Shown here in pieces: positions 45,401-55,818 of a DNA stretch of 64,000 bases. A program made the translations under genes and the position numbers. The DNA comes from a virus (taxonomy: Duplodnaviria > Caudoviricetes): IMG/VR virus record IMGVR_UViG_3300042567_001420; one strand, given 5' to 3'. A model generated the notes under the pieces. It did no database searches. It saw nothing but the letters and a program-made list of their open reading frames with translations, and was not told the origin of the DNA. Positions within the stretch are counted from its first letter, which is position 1, and every line of letters starts with the position of its first letter.

Positions 45401-46884
45401 TGAATAGGTATCCTTAGTAGTTTGTAATCAAAATGCTCATCATTATAAATTTTAATTCTTTCAATCATGTGTAACAACGTATAATTCTTTTTAGACTTCC
45501 ATGTTAAATCATCACCTATATCATATAGATTGCAACTATCTTTTGTTTCACTTGTTCTCAATCCACGACCAATAGATTGTAAATTTCGAACACGGGATTT
45601 TGAGGGAGATGCAAAAATAATATTATGCAGGTTTTTAATATTTATCCCCGTAGAAAAAGTTCCGTATGAAGCCACTATTATAGCATCCTTTTCGGTTTCT
45701 GTCAATCGACGAATTTCCTCACGTTGTTCTGTATCAGTTCCACCATAAACAAAAAACACTTTTCGGTTTTCTGCTTTAGATTGGATCATCTCATGTAGCA
45801 TTTTGCCATGCTTCTCAACATATTGGAATAACACTAAACTATTGCCGGTTTGTTTGATTGCAAGATTTCGGATAAATTTATTACGAGGTTCATATCCAAC
45901 AATAAAGTCCATTTCTTCTTGGTATGTTTTTCCTTTAAGTGCTTTTTTTACTTCATCTGGATAATCCAAAACAAGATTATAAATTTGCAGATCAGCAAGC
46001 GTTTTACTTGTGATTAATTTTTTAGTTGTTGTAACTTTATAAACGGGACCAAACATTCCTTCAAGAACTAGCTTGTGCGTTTGAGTACCATCTAATGTAC
46101 CAGTAGTTCCAATTCTATAAGGAGTATCCGGCATTTTATTTAAAATACCTGTTAAAGATTTAGCTTTAAATAAATGCGCTTCATCTCCATACACTGCTTT
46201 AAAATCTGCAAAGAATTGTTTAGGCAATTTGTAAATAGATTGCCAAGTACTAATAATTACATCATACTCATTAGACTTTTCGTGACCACCATAAATGCGA
46301 TGACAATGCTCAGAAGTTTTCCAATTATTAATACTAGAATAATCTTGAAAATCGGAATACATCTGTTCAACAAGTGATGTAGTAGGAACAAGAATTAATT
46401 GCCGTCTTCCTCTTAGCTCATGCCAGCGAATTAAACAGTAAATAATATAAGATTTACCTGAACCGGTAGGAGACAACAATAAACGTCTGCCATCATTAAT
46501 AGCTTTATGTATTGCTTCAATCTGATAATCTCTAATTTCTAGAGGTGTACCTTTAGATGCAATATTTAAACTTTTAACAAATTCTGTTACTTCATCCAAC
46601 GTGCAACCATCTGCAGTTTTTTCATACTGCGAATCATCAAATATGTAATCGCGTTCTTTTGCAAATTGTTCTAAATAGTCTTTTAGACCAATATAAAGCT
46701 CTTTGGTAAACATAGAAAAAAGGCGAACGCGTCCATCCCACATACGAGATTTATACAGAGGATGAAACTTCGCTCCTGGAACTTCAAATGAAAAATGGTC
46801 ATTTAGTTCTTGTGCAATTGAAGGTTCAGTATCAACTTGCAGATACACTTCATTCTTTTTTCTTACGCTTATTTTGTCAGACAT
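45397..46884 (-). CDS. uvsW: SF2 helicase UvsW
   Basis: PTGSGKS, DEAH, GTTGT, SIGRGLR. Confidence 0.96.
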   Translation of the reverse strand: MSDKISVRKKNEVYLQVDTEPSIAQELNDHFSFEVPGAKFHPLYKSRMWDGRVRLFSMFTKELYIGLKDYLEQFAKERDYIFDDSQYEKTADGCTLDEVTEFVKSLNIASKGTPLEIRDYQIEAIHKAINDGRRLLLSPTGSGKSYIIYCLIRWHELRGRRQLILVPTTSLVEQMYSDFQDYSSINNWKTSEHCHRIYGGHEKSNEYDVIISTWQSIYKLPKQFFADFKAVYGDEAHLFKAKSLTGILNKMPDTPYRIGTTGTLDGTQTHKLVLEGMFGPVYKVTTTKKLITSKTLADLQIYNLVLDYPDEVKKALKGKTYQEEMDFIVGYEPRNKFIRNLAIKQTGNSLVLFQYVEKHGKMLHEMIQSKAENRKVFFVYGGTDTEQREEIRRLTETEKDAIIVASYGTFSTGINIKNLHNIIFASPSKSRVRNLQSIGRGLRTSETKDSCNLYDIGDDLTWKSKKNYTLLHMIERIKIYNDEHFDYKLLRIPIQ

Positions 46885-47324
46885 TACATCATACCGTTTG
46901 TGAACTTAGACCATTCAATACTATTCTTGATATCCCATGTTCTACTGTTTAAGGATCTTATAATTTGTTCTAATTGATACATAACAGTTTTAAAGTATTC
47001 TACTTTGTCTTGTAGTAAAATTAAATCTGCATCAACCTGCAAAAATTCGTCCATCTCATTTTTCAATGGTTTGTTACCTTGCCATTGAGTCCAACCTTCA
47101 TCTGATAATTCAAGCTGGGTCATTTCTCCCCTGTAATACTTGTATTTCTTTCTACGAAGGTTGAGATATTCAGACTCTGCTTTGCGTAGGTTAAGCCGAG
47201 TAGATGTTAAAAAATTCAAATACTTAGAATGTAATAAAGGTGTGCGAGCAGATTCATGTCCAAGATTAGTCTCATTAATCTTACAATCATCTGCCCACAT
47301 TTCCTGCAGGTCAGATAATTTCAT
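46884..47324 (-). CDS. uvsY: Recombination mediator UvsY
   Basis: LHSKYL, KYYRG, RTWDIKNSIEW. Confidence 0.92.
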   Translation of the reverse strand: MKLSDLQEMWADDCKINETNLGHESARTPLLHSKYLNFLTSTRLNLRKAESEYLNLRRKKYKYYRGEMTQLELSDEGWTQWQGNKPLKNEMDEFLQVDADLILLQDKVEYFKTVMYQLEQIIRSLNSRTWDIKNSIEWSKFTNGMM

Positions 47325-48244
47325 TACTGAGGGCTAATCTGAATAATCTGAGCAGGGTTGCCCTGGAAATTAAATGAACCGTAGTGATTCAATGAGATTG
47401 TTGGATCAAGCCAAATGTCGCCACCGATATCTTGCCAACGTCTGCTGAATGTATAATCTTCTGACAAGTAACGTTTGTCTTTGGGATCAATCATTGTGTC
47501 GAAGAATGCATAGAAGAAGTCTTGCAAATCTGGCGGAGTATTCAAATCATTGTTATACTTTAACTCTGGATATGCAGCAATCATCTTGTCAATTGCTTCA
47601 CGCTTAATCATCATAAAGCCTGTAGCTCCGTCGTGCAATTTAATTACACCATTTTCAATAGCAATTTGTTTTGACTCACGATTAACAAACTTAAAGTTAA
47701 TCGCATAGTCGGAACCAGCGGCAGCAATATCTCTATCAGAAATATCTTGACCGGGTTTAGAATTAATGCTATCTTTAATACGTTGCCAGTTGACGCCCTT
47801 TTTAGGATATGCGCCTACACAAACTTCTTTGTTGTGAGCAATTAATTTAAGTACATCTTCAACTTGAAACTCAATATCAGCATCAATAAACAACAAACGA
47901 GTGTAATTGCTTTGAAGAAAATATGCAACCAACACATTGCGAGCACGAGTAACTAAAGACTCATTTGCAATAGTACCAAACGCCAATGGGATTTGATGTT
48001 GATTGAAGAATGTCAATGTGCGAACCATTGAACGGAAATATGCCTCTGTAAGCATACCACCATAACAAGGAGTTGCCACAAAGATTCTTTCTTTACGCAA
48101 ATCATCAATATTGATTTGCAATTGACCTGGTTGTGCGGCAGGGGGTGCCGCAGGGGGTGCCGCAGCTGCGACTGGGGGTTTGTTAAACTTAGGAACCGGA
48201 ATTTTTGGAATGTTCTTCAGTCCAGGTTTATTGTTGTTAGCCAT
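47324..48244 (-). CDS. GT-A-fold glycosyltransferase-like protein with Pro/Ala-rich N-terminus
   Basis: IFVATPCYGG, ESLVTRARN, FIDAD, LSEDYTF; located after gp3. Confidence 0.7.
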   Translation of the reverse strand: MANNNKPGLKNIPKIPVPKFNKPPVAAAAPPAAPPAAQPGQLQINIDDLRKERIFVATPCYGGMLTEAYFRSMVRTLTFFNQHQIPLAFGTIANESLVTRARNVLVAYFLQSNYTRLLFIDADIEFQVEDVLKLIAHNKEVCVGAYPKKGVNWQRIKDSINSKPGQDISDRDIAAAGSDYAINFKFVNRESKQIAIENGVIKLHDGATGFMMIKREAIDKMIAAYPELKYNNDLNTPPDLQDFFYAFFDTMIDPKDKRYLSEDYTFSRRWQDIGGDIWLDPTISLNHYGSFNFQGNPAQIIQISPQ

Positions 48245-48260
48245 AAAATCTCCATATTAA

Positions 48261-48845
48261 TTAAAGTTGCTCCACTTCAAATAGCGTATATTTAAAAGAG
48301 GCAATTGCGGTAAAATATTCCACACCGGCAGATGCAATATCAAAATCCAATCCTTCTAATGAGATTGGGAATATATCCTTATATATTATATTTACTTTAG
48401 GCGTATTTGTCGAGTCTAAAATCGTTAAAGTTGCATCCGAGTATGCCAAAACTTCAGATTCGCCCCGTTGATTCACTTTAAACGGGAATCTACTAGGTCT
48501 ATTCTTTATTAACGCGTCAAACTGTGTATAATCTTTAGGAAAACCTAAAGCCACTAACCAATTGTATAATTCTAAATAATTGGACATATCTTCCGATATC
48601 AAAAATCTAATTGTAAACGAACCGAAGTCTAGTTTATCACCGATACGTGGAATGTCAGTAAACGGGGTAGGCTGTACGGCAAAACCTAATGCGAGTTGCG
48701 GCAAATTAGCTGATTGGCAAGTAAAAGACACATTGGGAATATCCTTAACAGAAAAGCGGAAAGCATTCGGTCTTAGATAATCATATGTCGTGGGTAATGA
48801 ATTTGCATAATTTTGCTTTGCTACATTTACATTTGCAGTATACAT
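48261..48845 (-). CDS. 3: Tail completion/sheath stabilizer gp3
   Basis: YLRPNAFRF, FTCQSANLP, NYLELYNWL, FKY; synteny after gp23. Confidence 0.85.
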   Translation of the reverse strand: MYTANVNVAKQNYANSLPTTYDYLRPNAFRFSVKDIPNVSFTCQSANLPQLALGFAVQPTPFTDIPRIGDKLDFGSFTIRFLISEDMSNYLELYNWLVALGFPKDYTQFDALIKNRPSRFPFKVNQRGESEVLAYSDATLTILDSTNTPKVNIIYKDIFPISLEGLDFDIASAGVEYFTAIASFKYTLFEVEQL

Positions 48846-48863
48846 TTCTTTCCTCCGTTATTA

Positions 48864-48871
48864 TATTTATA
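48864..48871 (-). promoter_or_regulatory. T4-type late promoter
   Basis: TATAAATA upstream of the gp3 GGAGG RBS. Confidence 0.8.
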
Positions 48872-48875
48872 AGGC

Positions 48876-48902
48876 AAAAAAGGGGAGCCTAAGCCCCCCT
48901 TT
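48876..48902 (-). terminator. Intrinsic terminator after gp23
   Basis: GGGGGGC-TTAG-GCTCCCC followed by TTTTTT. Confidence 0.88.
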
Positions 48903-48942
48903 AGAAGTACCGATCTTTGTCGGCTTACTCGATAATATCGAA

Positions 48943-50244
48943 TTACATCAAGTTCAACACTTGTGTACGACGATAATATTGGTTACGATTTGCTGTGAAT
49001 GATGCTGCATCTGCATCTGATACGCCATCGGCAGATGTAACGTATGGGTTAGCAATTAAACCATAACGTGTCTTGAAGCCAATTTTTGGCTGGAAGCTGT
49101 TAGGATCAACTGCGCGAACCATTTGTAAAGGAACATATGGGCAGTAGAACATACCTGCGTCATAAGGAGAAGAACCCTTATAACCAACCATGTAGAACTG
49201 GCTTGCTGAACCTAGGTTGCTGGAATACGGATCAATATAAACACGATAGCGTCCGTTTAGAACACCTGCGAATGTATTGCCTGTATCGTCAACATTTAGA
49301 CCTGTGCTCAAAGCTGGAGCGTAGTCTAGAACACCTGACATAGCTAATGCACTTGCAACGTCTGCAGAGCAAACGATGAAGTTACCTTTACCACGACGTG
49401 TGTCTTGTGCAATGTGGTTAGCATCGCGTTCAATGTTGAACAATAGACCTTTGAAACGCTCAACAGACCAACGTCCATTAGAGTCAACGTCTAAGTCAAA
49501 TGTACCAGCAGATGCTGTTGCAGGTGAACCTGGTTTAGCAACTTTGTAAATTGTACGAATAACTTCGCGATTAATTTCAAACATGAATTCTTGTGACAAG
49601 ATGTTTGATAATTCTGCTTCAGCGTCAAGACCGTGAATAGCTTTCAAGTCTTGTGCTAATTCAACAGTGTATTCAGCCTTTAAAGCACGTGATTTCGCAG
49701 TAACTGTTGTCTTATCAATGGAGAAAGACATTTCGTTGAATGCTTGACCACCAGTAGTGCCCATAGCTTCAGCAGTTGCTGTAGCAACGCCGGCACCTGT
49801 TGTGTAAGCGCCGCTAACAGGATTTGATCCTGCGTGAGTAGTTGCAGTACCTGCAAATGAGGTGTTAGCTTCATTGTACAATGCTTCAACGCGAGTTGAA
49901 GTATTGTTACGCTCTGTACCATATGTAGAACGCATTGCAAAGATCAAACCTGTTGGACCTGTCATTGGCTGAACGCCGCAGATGTCATAAGCCATTAGGT
50001 TAGGCATTGCACGACGTACTAAACCGATCATGATCGGATCATACTTGTCGATACCGCTTGTTGCGTTAATATTGTTTGCAGGAGCTGCCTCAAACATTGC
50101 GCTACGCTCTTCACGTAGTGAACGCTCTTGGTTCTCTAACAATACAGATGTAACTGCACGCTTGTAGGAATCCTTGATCGCTGGAAGATCAGGGTGCTCT
50201 AAAATGGCTTGCCATTTTTGTTGTAAGTTTTCAGATAAAAACAT
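48943..50244 (-). CDS. 23: Major capsid protein gp23
   Basis: GVQPMTGPTGLIFAMR, KSRALKAEYTVELAQDLKAIHGLDAE, FQPKIGFKTRYG. Confidence 0.99.
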   Translation of the reverse strand: MFLSENLQQKWQAILEHPDLPAIKDSYKRAVTSVLLENQERSLREERSAMFEAAPANNINATSGIDKYDPIMIGLVRRAMPNLMAYDICGVQPMTGPTGLIFAMRSTYGTERNNTSTRVEALYNEANTSFAGTATTHAGSNPVSGAYTTGAGVATATAEAMGTTGGQAFNEMSFSIDKTTVTAKSRALKAEYTVELAQDLKAIHGLDAEAELSNILSQEFMFEINREVIRTIYKVAKPGSPATASAGTFDLDVDSNGRWSVERFKGLLFNIERDANHIAQDTRRGKGNFIVCSADVASALAMSGVLDYAPALSTGLNVDDTGNTFAGVLNGRYRVYIDPYSSNLGSASQFYMVGYKGSSPYDAGMFYCPYVPLQMVRAVDPNSFQPKIGFKTRYGLIANPYVTSADGVSDADAASFTANRNQYYRRTQVLNLM

Positions 50245-50274
50245 TTATTTTCTCCTTGATGGATAACGTATTAA

Positions 50275-51411
50275 TTACGCTCTTTTGATTGATCTTGAAA
50301 GCGCTTGCGCGTATGCGTTGACTACAGTGTCACCCGTATAATCAGGTGTACTGCCATTGTCTTCAATTAAAGTTTGTTGAACTTGTGAAGTCTGTTTAGA
50401 TTCAGTTAATTGCTTCTTAGGGAAATAATTTTCCTTAATAACAGAAACTTTCTCTCTATATAGATCTTCATTCTCAAAATCAACACCCTCTAAAAGCTTA
50501 CCTAATTTAGCTGCTTCTGTATCAGCTAGATCTTTGGACAGTTCTTCGACAACTGCAATTCGCTTTAAAGAAGTGACTTCTTTGTTAAGGTCTACATTGT
50601 GACCAATAGCTTCGTCTAGTTTTGCTTCTAGTTCTTCTGCCTTGGCTTGTAGTTCACCGATTACATCATATTTTTCTTCGGGTACTTCAATGTAGTGTTC
50701 CTTGAATAATACCTTTAGTCCTGCCATGAAGTCTTCTGCAATCTCTGTGCGAAGACCATTCTCAATGGCTAATTCGTTATCTCTAATGTAGTTTTCGACC
50801 ACATAGTTTAGATACGAGTCAATTTTCTCAACAATACCTTCTTTGTAGTCAGCTACATCAGCTGCATACTTTTCTTCTAGAGAAGAAGTTACTTTGTCCA
50901 TTTCCGAATTAACGCGAGCAATAACTGCTGCTTCGAAAATAGATGTGGCCTTCTCTTTAAATTCTTCTGAAAGATCATCGCCAAAGATTGGTGATAGATC
51001 GATTGCGGCAGGGGCTGCTACAACTTCATAGTCATCTTCAGCTACAACGTCTGCATCATCGGCTGTCTCATCTTCTTCGCGCATTCCTGCAGAAGTAGGT
51101 TGACCGACAACAGAAGTAGGATCTGCCGTAGTAGTGAAATTAGGAGCGGATCCTGGACCAGACTGTGTTAATGCGTTTTTCTTAACATTACCAGAAACTT
51201 TGGCACCCTGATTCTCTTCTTTCTCATCACGTACTTCGTAAGAAGCGTCTTGCGAGTCGCCCTGTTTTGGGTTTGTTGCATCGCCGCTATTCGCTGGCTT
51301 AATAGTGCTGTCTTTGTTGACGCCGGTTGCGCCCATCATATCAGCCTCTTCAAGACTTGCTTTAGCATCTACGCGCCCTAGCAATTCTTTAATTTTGCTT
51401 TCTACTGACAT
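50275..51411 (-). CDS. 22: Prohead core scaffold gp22
   Basis: IFEAAV, KIDSYLNYVVE, LFKEHYIEVPEEK. Confidence 0.93.
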   Translation of the reverse strand: MSVESKIKELLGRVDAKASLEEADMMGATGVNKDSTIKPANSGDATNPKQGDSQDASYEVRDEKEENQGAKVSGNVKKNALTQSGPGSAPNFTTTADPTSVVGQPTSAGMREEDETADDADVVAEDDYEVVAAPAAIDLSPIFGDDLSEEFKEKATSIFEAAVIARVNSEMDKVTSSLEEKYAADVADYKEGIVEKIDSYLNYVVENYIRDNELAIENGLRTEIAEDFMAGLKVLFKEHYIEVPEEKYDVIGELQAKAEELEAKLDEAIGHNVDLNKEVTSLKRIAVVEELSKDLADTEAAKLGKLLEGVDFENEDLYREKVSVIKENYFPKKQLTESKQTSQVQQTLIEDNGSTPDYTGDTVVNAYAQALSRSIKRA

Positions 51412-51440
51412 TAGTGTCTCCTAAATGGATTGTTCTTAAT

Positions 51441-51448
51441 TATTTATA
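51441..51448 (-). promoter_or_regulatory. T4-type late promoter
   Basis: TATAAATA between gp21 and gp22. Confidence 0.8.
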
Positions 51449-51455
51449 AGTTTGG

Positions 51456-52106
51456 TTATCTAGATAATCTAGATATAAACTCTTCAAACATCTTTAATTT
51501 TGTCTCTTCGAGATTAGCTTTAGATGCCTTCTTTAATGTTTGTTGCGCTCGTTCGACGTCAATCGCTTTCCAAACTCCGTTTTCGCAAATCCATTCTGCA
51601 GACTCATAAATGCCTTGAACATAGGCATCATGTGCTGACGGATCCGCGACAATATCTACAGTCGCAAGATGAAAATCATCCTGTACTTCATTAACACCCT
51701 CTTTATTGAGTTTTAATGATCCTAACCCTCTAGATGAAACTCCCAACATTATTTCGTTCTCAATTAAATTGCGAGCAATGTTACCCATTGGGGTTTCTAA
51801 AATTTTTGCTTTACCAATTACATTTTTACCTTCAAAACGAAGGCTTGTAATTAGGTGAGATACTTTATCTAAATTAAGTGTTGGGTTAGAAGGATGCCCT
51901 AACTCTCCCAAAGAACGCTTCTCGTCAATTAATTTTTGATATCTAGCAACTTCTTTTTCCATAACAGCCATGGGATACATTCTACCATTTCTGTTAGGTT
52001 GTTCTGCCTGCATAAAAATGCCTTCAATGAAAACATTCTTACCGCCACCTTTTTTATCTTCTTCAAGATATTGTAGGTCTTGTACGACTTCTGTAATTAA
52101 ACGCAT
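51456..52106 (-). CDS. 21: Prohead protease gp21
   Basis: NRNGRMYP, GELGHP, GVSSRGLGS, DIVADPS. Confidence 0.96.
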   Translation of the reverse strand: MRLITEVVQDLQYLEEDKKGGGKNVFIEGIFMQAEQPNRNGRMYPMAVMEKEVARYQKLIDEKRSLGELGHPSNPTLNLDKVSHLITSLRFEGKNVIGKAKILETPMGNIARNLIENEIMLGVSSRGLGSLKLNKEGVNEVQDDFHLATVDIVADPSAHDAYVQGIYESAEWICENGVWKAIDVERAQQTLKKASKANLEETKLKMFEEFISRLSR

Positions 52107-52119
52107 TTTTATCTACCTA

Positions 52120-52524
52120 TTATACTTTAGTTTGTTGATCGGGTTCTTGATACCCGTTTTTCTTTGTCAATGTTAAATATAATGTTCCGCCAGCTGGTGG
52201 CAATAGAATATTTATATTTGAACTAGAATTTGAATTATCAGGAAATCCAAACATTTGTGTTAAGGACCAATTGTCATTGCCAAACAATATCAATGTATTT
52301 GCAGCTGCAGTATGTGGTCTTTTAATAACAATGGGGGATGCAACTGAATCGGATGCAGACCAAACCATGCCTGTAATTGTAACATTAGTATTAGCGTAAC
52401 CTAAAAAAGTTTCATCCGCTAAAGCCAAATCAGAATTTAAATCAACGTTGGCCTGACCGTCGCCGACAAATTTAACAACCGCCTGTTGTCTAACTTTTTT
52501 AATTACCGTTTTTGTGACAGCCAT
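52120..52524 (-). CDS. Hypothetical virion protein in the head-core cluster
   Basis: Beta-rich 134-aa ORF between the core protein and gp21. Confidence 0.65.
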   Translation of the reverse strand: MAVTKTVIKKVRQQAVVKFVGDGQANVDLNSDLALADETFLGYANTNVTITGMVWSASDSVASPIVIKRPHTAAANTLILFGNDNWSLTQMFGFPDNSNSSSNINILLPPAGGTLYLTLTKKNGYQEPDQQTKV

Positions 52525-52533
52525 TTGTGCCTC

Positions 52534-54075
52534 TTAAAAGTTTCTAGATGCGGCAGACGCTAGTCTTGCAGCAAAATTTTGTTTACCAATAGCTTTAGTT
52601 ACGCCACCAATTGCTTTGATGCTTTTAGGTACACCTTTTTGTGTGTTACCACGCTTTGAAGCAACTTTGGGGTCTGTAACTTTATTCACATATGATTGAT
52701 ATGTAGATGATTTCAATTCGTCAATTTGATTTTCGTCATCTTGCTCAACGCTATCACCCATATAGCGACCTTTTTCATATCCTCTGCTATTGGGATCTGC
52801 TTTGGGAGCAGGTGCACTCGCAGGCTTTGGATATTGTTTTGCGCTGGCGGTTTTAATGCCTTTTTCCAATTTGGCTTTTTTAGCCATTGAATTTGCATCA
52901 GTGTTGTTTCGTATGCTGTCAAATTTCTTGTGGCCTGCTACTTTATAATTTTGTAAAGTATTTTTTGATAATTCATCTAAAGTGTTTTCGCCGTCTGGTT
53001 CAAATGATGCAACTTGCATTGCGCCTTTTGATTTCATCCATGCCTCATATTCAGACATATCGCGGAATTTTTTCCCTGTAATTTTTTGCTTCATCTGATC
53101 TTTATCATTAGTTGCAAAATATTTTTTCATATCTGCCAATTTAGCTGATACAGGAGCAGGTTTTTTATTCTGTGAACCAAAAGATAAATTCATCTCATCT
53201 ATTTCACTTGACATATAGTTTGAAACAGTTGAAATATAATCTTCTGCCAGTGTAATTTTAGATTGAACCCACTCAGGAAGATTATCATTGTCTTCTAGCA
53301 TATCATGCACTCTTTGAGCATTCATTATAATACTTCGTAATTGACCACGGGCCATATCGCCTTCGTAATCGTATTCACTTTTTTCTTTGGCTTCTTTAAC
53401 TTCCGAAGCATGATGCTTTGATAACTCAAATGTAAATTTACCAGCTTGTACAGGCATACCTGTATGAATAGCTTGATGCTTAACATTTGTACCGTGAATA
53501 GCATTGGCAACAGATAAATTAGCGTGAGTATGAATATTACCTTCTGAGTCTTTTGTAAGCACTAAAGGATCTTCATGAGTTGTAGTAACTTCTTCATTTC
53601 TTTGAATGTTACCTTTTAAAGTTTTAACATCTTGTTTGTTTGCTTTTCCTGTGCTAGTTACACGAGCAGGAGTTCTGTTTGCAAGTTTATCATAACTTCC
53701 AAGTGTATGGCCTGGTCTTGCATAGTGACTTTTGGCATCAGCGGCACCTTGAACGGCAGCTGCTGATTTTGCATCTTTAGTCTTTTTGGCATGGTCTGCA
53801 AATTTTTGAGGATCGTGTGACTTACCATAGTAGTAATCGGAATCAGGATCCGATGCTGACTTAGCAGCTTTAGCTAAAGTCTTTGTTGATATTTCATCAA
53901 GGTTTTCTTCAGCAACTCTTTTAGCGGCTGCTGTAGCAATAGCCATCTTTTTGCCCATGTCCATACCTGGATTCTCACGCTCCATGGCCATAGCAATTTC
54001 CTCTCGCTTTTTCTTTTCAGCGGGAGTAAGAGTTTTTTCTACTAAATCTAATCTTATTTGATTAAACTTCTTCAT
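52534..54075 (-). CDS. Large prohead core/internal protein (gp68 slot) with repeated (L/I)DE modules
   Basis: Repeats LDEISTKTL, IDEMNLSF, LDELSKNTL, IDELKSSTY; located between gp67 and gp21. Confidence 0.7.
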   Translation of the reverse strand: MKKFNQIRLDLVEKTLTPAEKKKREEIAMAMERENPGMDMGKKMAIATAAAKRVAEENLDEISTKTLAKAAKSASDPDSDYYYGKSHDPQKFADHAKKTKDAKSAAAVQGAADAKSHYARPGHTLGSYDKLANRTPARVTSTGKANKQDVKTLKGNIQRNEEVTTTHEDPLVLTKDSEGNIHTHANLSVANAIHGTNVKHQAIHTGMPVQAGKFTFELSKHHASEVKEAKEKSEYDYEGDMARGQLRSIIMNAQRVHDMLEDNDNLPEWVQSKITLAEDYISTVSNYMSSEIDEMNLSFGSQNKKPAPVSAKLADMKKYFATNDKDQMKQKITGKKFRDMSEYEAWMKSKGAMQVASFEPDGENTLDELSKNTLQNYKVAGHKKFDSIRNNTDANSMAKKAKLEKGIKTASAKQYPKPASAPAPKADPNSRGYEKGRYMGDSVEQDDENQIDELKSSTYQSYVNKVTDPKVASKRGNTQKGVPKSIKAIGGVTKAIGKQNFAARLASAASRNF

Positions 54076-54244
54076 TTTCTTGTTCTTCTTTTTGTCCGAT
54101 TGAAGCTGCTATTTCTTGTTTCTTTGTATCTAATGCATTGGATAATTTAAATCCCATTGCTGCATTAAATTGATTAACTGCATCGTTTGAACGATCAGCT
54201 AAAATATCATCTACCATATTTCTAAGCGTTGCTGTAGTTTCCAT
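54062..54244 (-). CDS. 67: Prohead core protein gp67-like
   Basis: Small acidic ORF directly after the portal gene. Confidence 0.65.
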   Translation of the reverse strand: METTATLRNMVDDILADRSNDAVNQFNAAMGFKLSNALDTKKQEIAASIGQKEEQENEEV

Positions 54245-54252
54245 AATTTTCC

Positions 54253-55800
54253 TTACTGTTGATTATTTATAGCATCTAGAGGTTGTCCGCCAGCGCCCAA
54301 TGTAGGTGAAGGTTCAGATTCAATCTGTTCTTCCATCTGCCCAATTTCTTCATCAGTCATTCTTAACACATTTTTCATTATATATTGTTTACTAAAATAA
54401 GTCCCAACATATGGTTGCATCTGATTAATAATATCTACGCGGTTACGAAGATTTTCAGAATTTTTCATTTCCTCAAAATATTGATCTTGTGCAAACTTAT
54501 ATTGTATTTTTTCTTTAATATCATCCCAATCTTGGTCGGTTATAACACCTGTTAAGATTAGTTGTGTTTTAAGAACATCATTAAATAATTCACTAAACTT
54601 CTTACGCAGTCTGCCAACAAATTTAGCAAACTTTAATTCATCTCTAGTAATCTCTGTTGCTCTACCAAATGAAATACCTTGTTGAGGTTGCATTCTTGAT
54701 AAAGGAACATTCAATGCCTGATATAACTTATTCTGAAAATAAACTATGTCTTCAATTTGACCTAAGTTTTCACCGCCGGGCAAAGTAGTAATTTCAGTAC
54801 CTCTGCCGCCTTCTCTACGAGGCAACCAAAAGTCTTCCAACATTGACATAAATTTACGGTCATCTCTGATTTCGCCGGTAGCAGAATCATAAACAATCTT
54901 GTTTCTATAGCGAGCCATAATATCTTTTAAATATTGCTCAGCTTTCAATTTAGGTAAATTACCTACATCAATATAAAATATTCTTCGTTCTGGAGCACGA
55001 GCAAGTCTATAAATGACTAACGCGTCTTCCATCATTTTAAGTTGGTTAACCGGCTTAATAGCCTTATGTAAGTAACTTAAAACTACATTTTGTTCTGAAT
55101 CATTTAACCCAGAAGGAACATATGTTATAGAATCTACAGCAACTTTTAGTCCCTGATTTGTACCAGAAACTGAAGTTTGATAATTGGGATTATAGTTAAT
55201 CCCTTTTTCGCTATAGATAAAATATTCTTCAATTGACTTAATTAAATCAACACCCGTTTTTTGATCCTTATCCTTTTTAACTTCTCGGACTTTACGAATC
55301 TTTCTTGGGTCAATTTTTCTTAATTCTAAGATTCCCTTTTTAGGGGTCTTAGTATCAATAATTTTTTGATAATATATTCTTCCGTCAATATACCAACTGC
55401 GGAATATATCAAAGCCCTTCATATTAAAATCCAACAATCGCACAACAGTATTAAACTGTTCCGTAATTGCGGTTTTAATGTTGTCAGGTAAATCTAATCC
55501 ATCAATATTAATCTGTACTGCAGCTTCATCTTCAACCGCTGCAATTGCTTCAGTTACAATTTCATCAATTGCACTGGAACAATCAGCATACATAGATGCT
55601 TCTCTGTATCGAGTAATTAACTCAGATTCAGACTTTGCGGTAGCATCCATATTAAGATAGGTGCCAAAATAGCCACCACCTTGTACGGTTGCTGTTCCAT
55701 CATCAGTAACAGGTGGCACGAAAGATTGATTCCGCGCCACCTTGTTAATATCATTTACATCGTCACGACTAATTGTATAGCCAAACAAATTAATTGCCAT
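54253..55800 (-). CDS. 20: Portal protein gp20
   Basis: YIDGRIYY, YRLARAPERRIFYIDVGNLP, DFWLPRREGGRGTEITTLPGG. Confidence 0.99.
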   Translation of the reverse strand: MAINLFGYTISRDDVNDINKVARNQSFVPPVTDDGTATVQGGGYFGTYLNMDATAKSESELITRYREASMYADCSSAIDEIVTEAIAAVEDEAAVQINIDGLDLPDNIKTAITEQFNTVVRLLDFNMKGFDIFRSWYIDGRIYYQKIIDTKTPKKGILELRKIDPRKIRKVREVKKDKDQKTGVDLIKSIEEYFIYSEKGINYNPNYQTSVSGTNQGLKVAVDSITYVPSGLNDSEQNVVLSYLHKAIKPVNQLKMMEDALVIYRLARAPERRIFYIDVGNLPKLKAEQYLKDIMARYRNKIVYDSATGEIRDDRKFMSMLEDFWLPRREGGRGTEITTLPGGENLGQIEDIVYFQNKLYQALNVPLSRMQPQQGISFGRATEITRDELKFAKFVGRLRKKFSELFNDVLKTQLILTGVITDQDWDDIKEKIQYKFAQDQYFEEMKNSENLRNRVDIINQMQPYVGTYFSKQYIMKNVLRMTDEEIGQMEEQIESEPSPTLGAGGQPLDAINNQQ

Positions 55801-55818
55801 TATTTAAATTCCAAAAAA

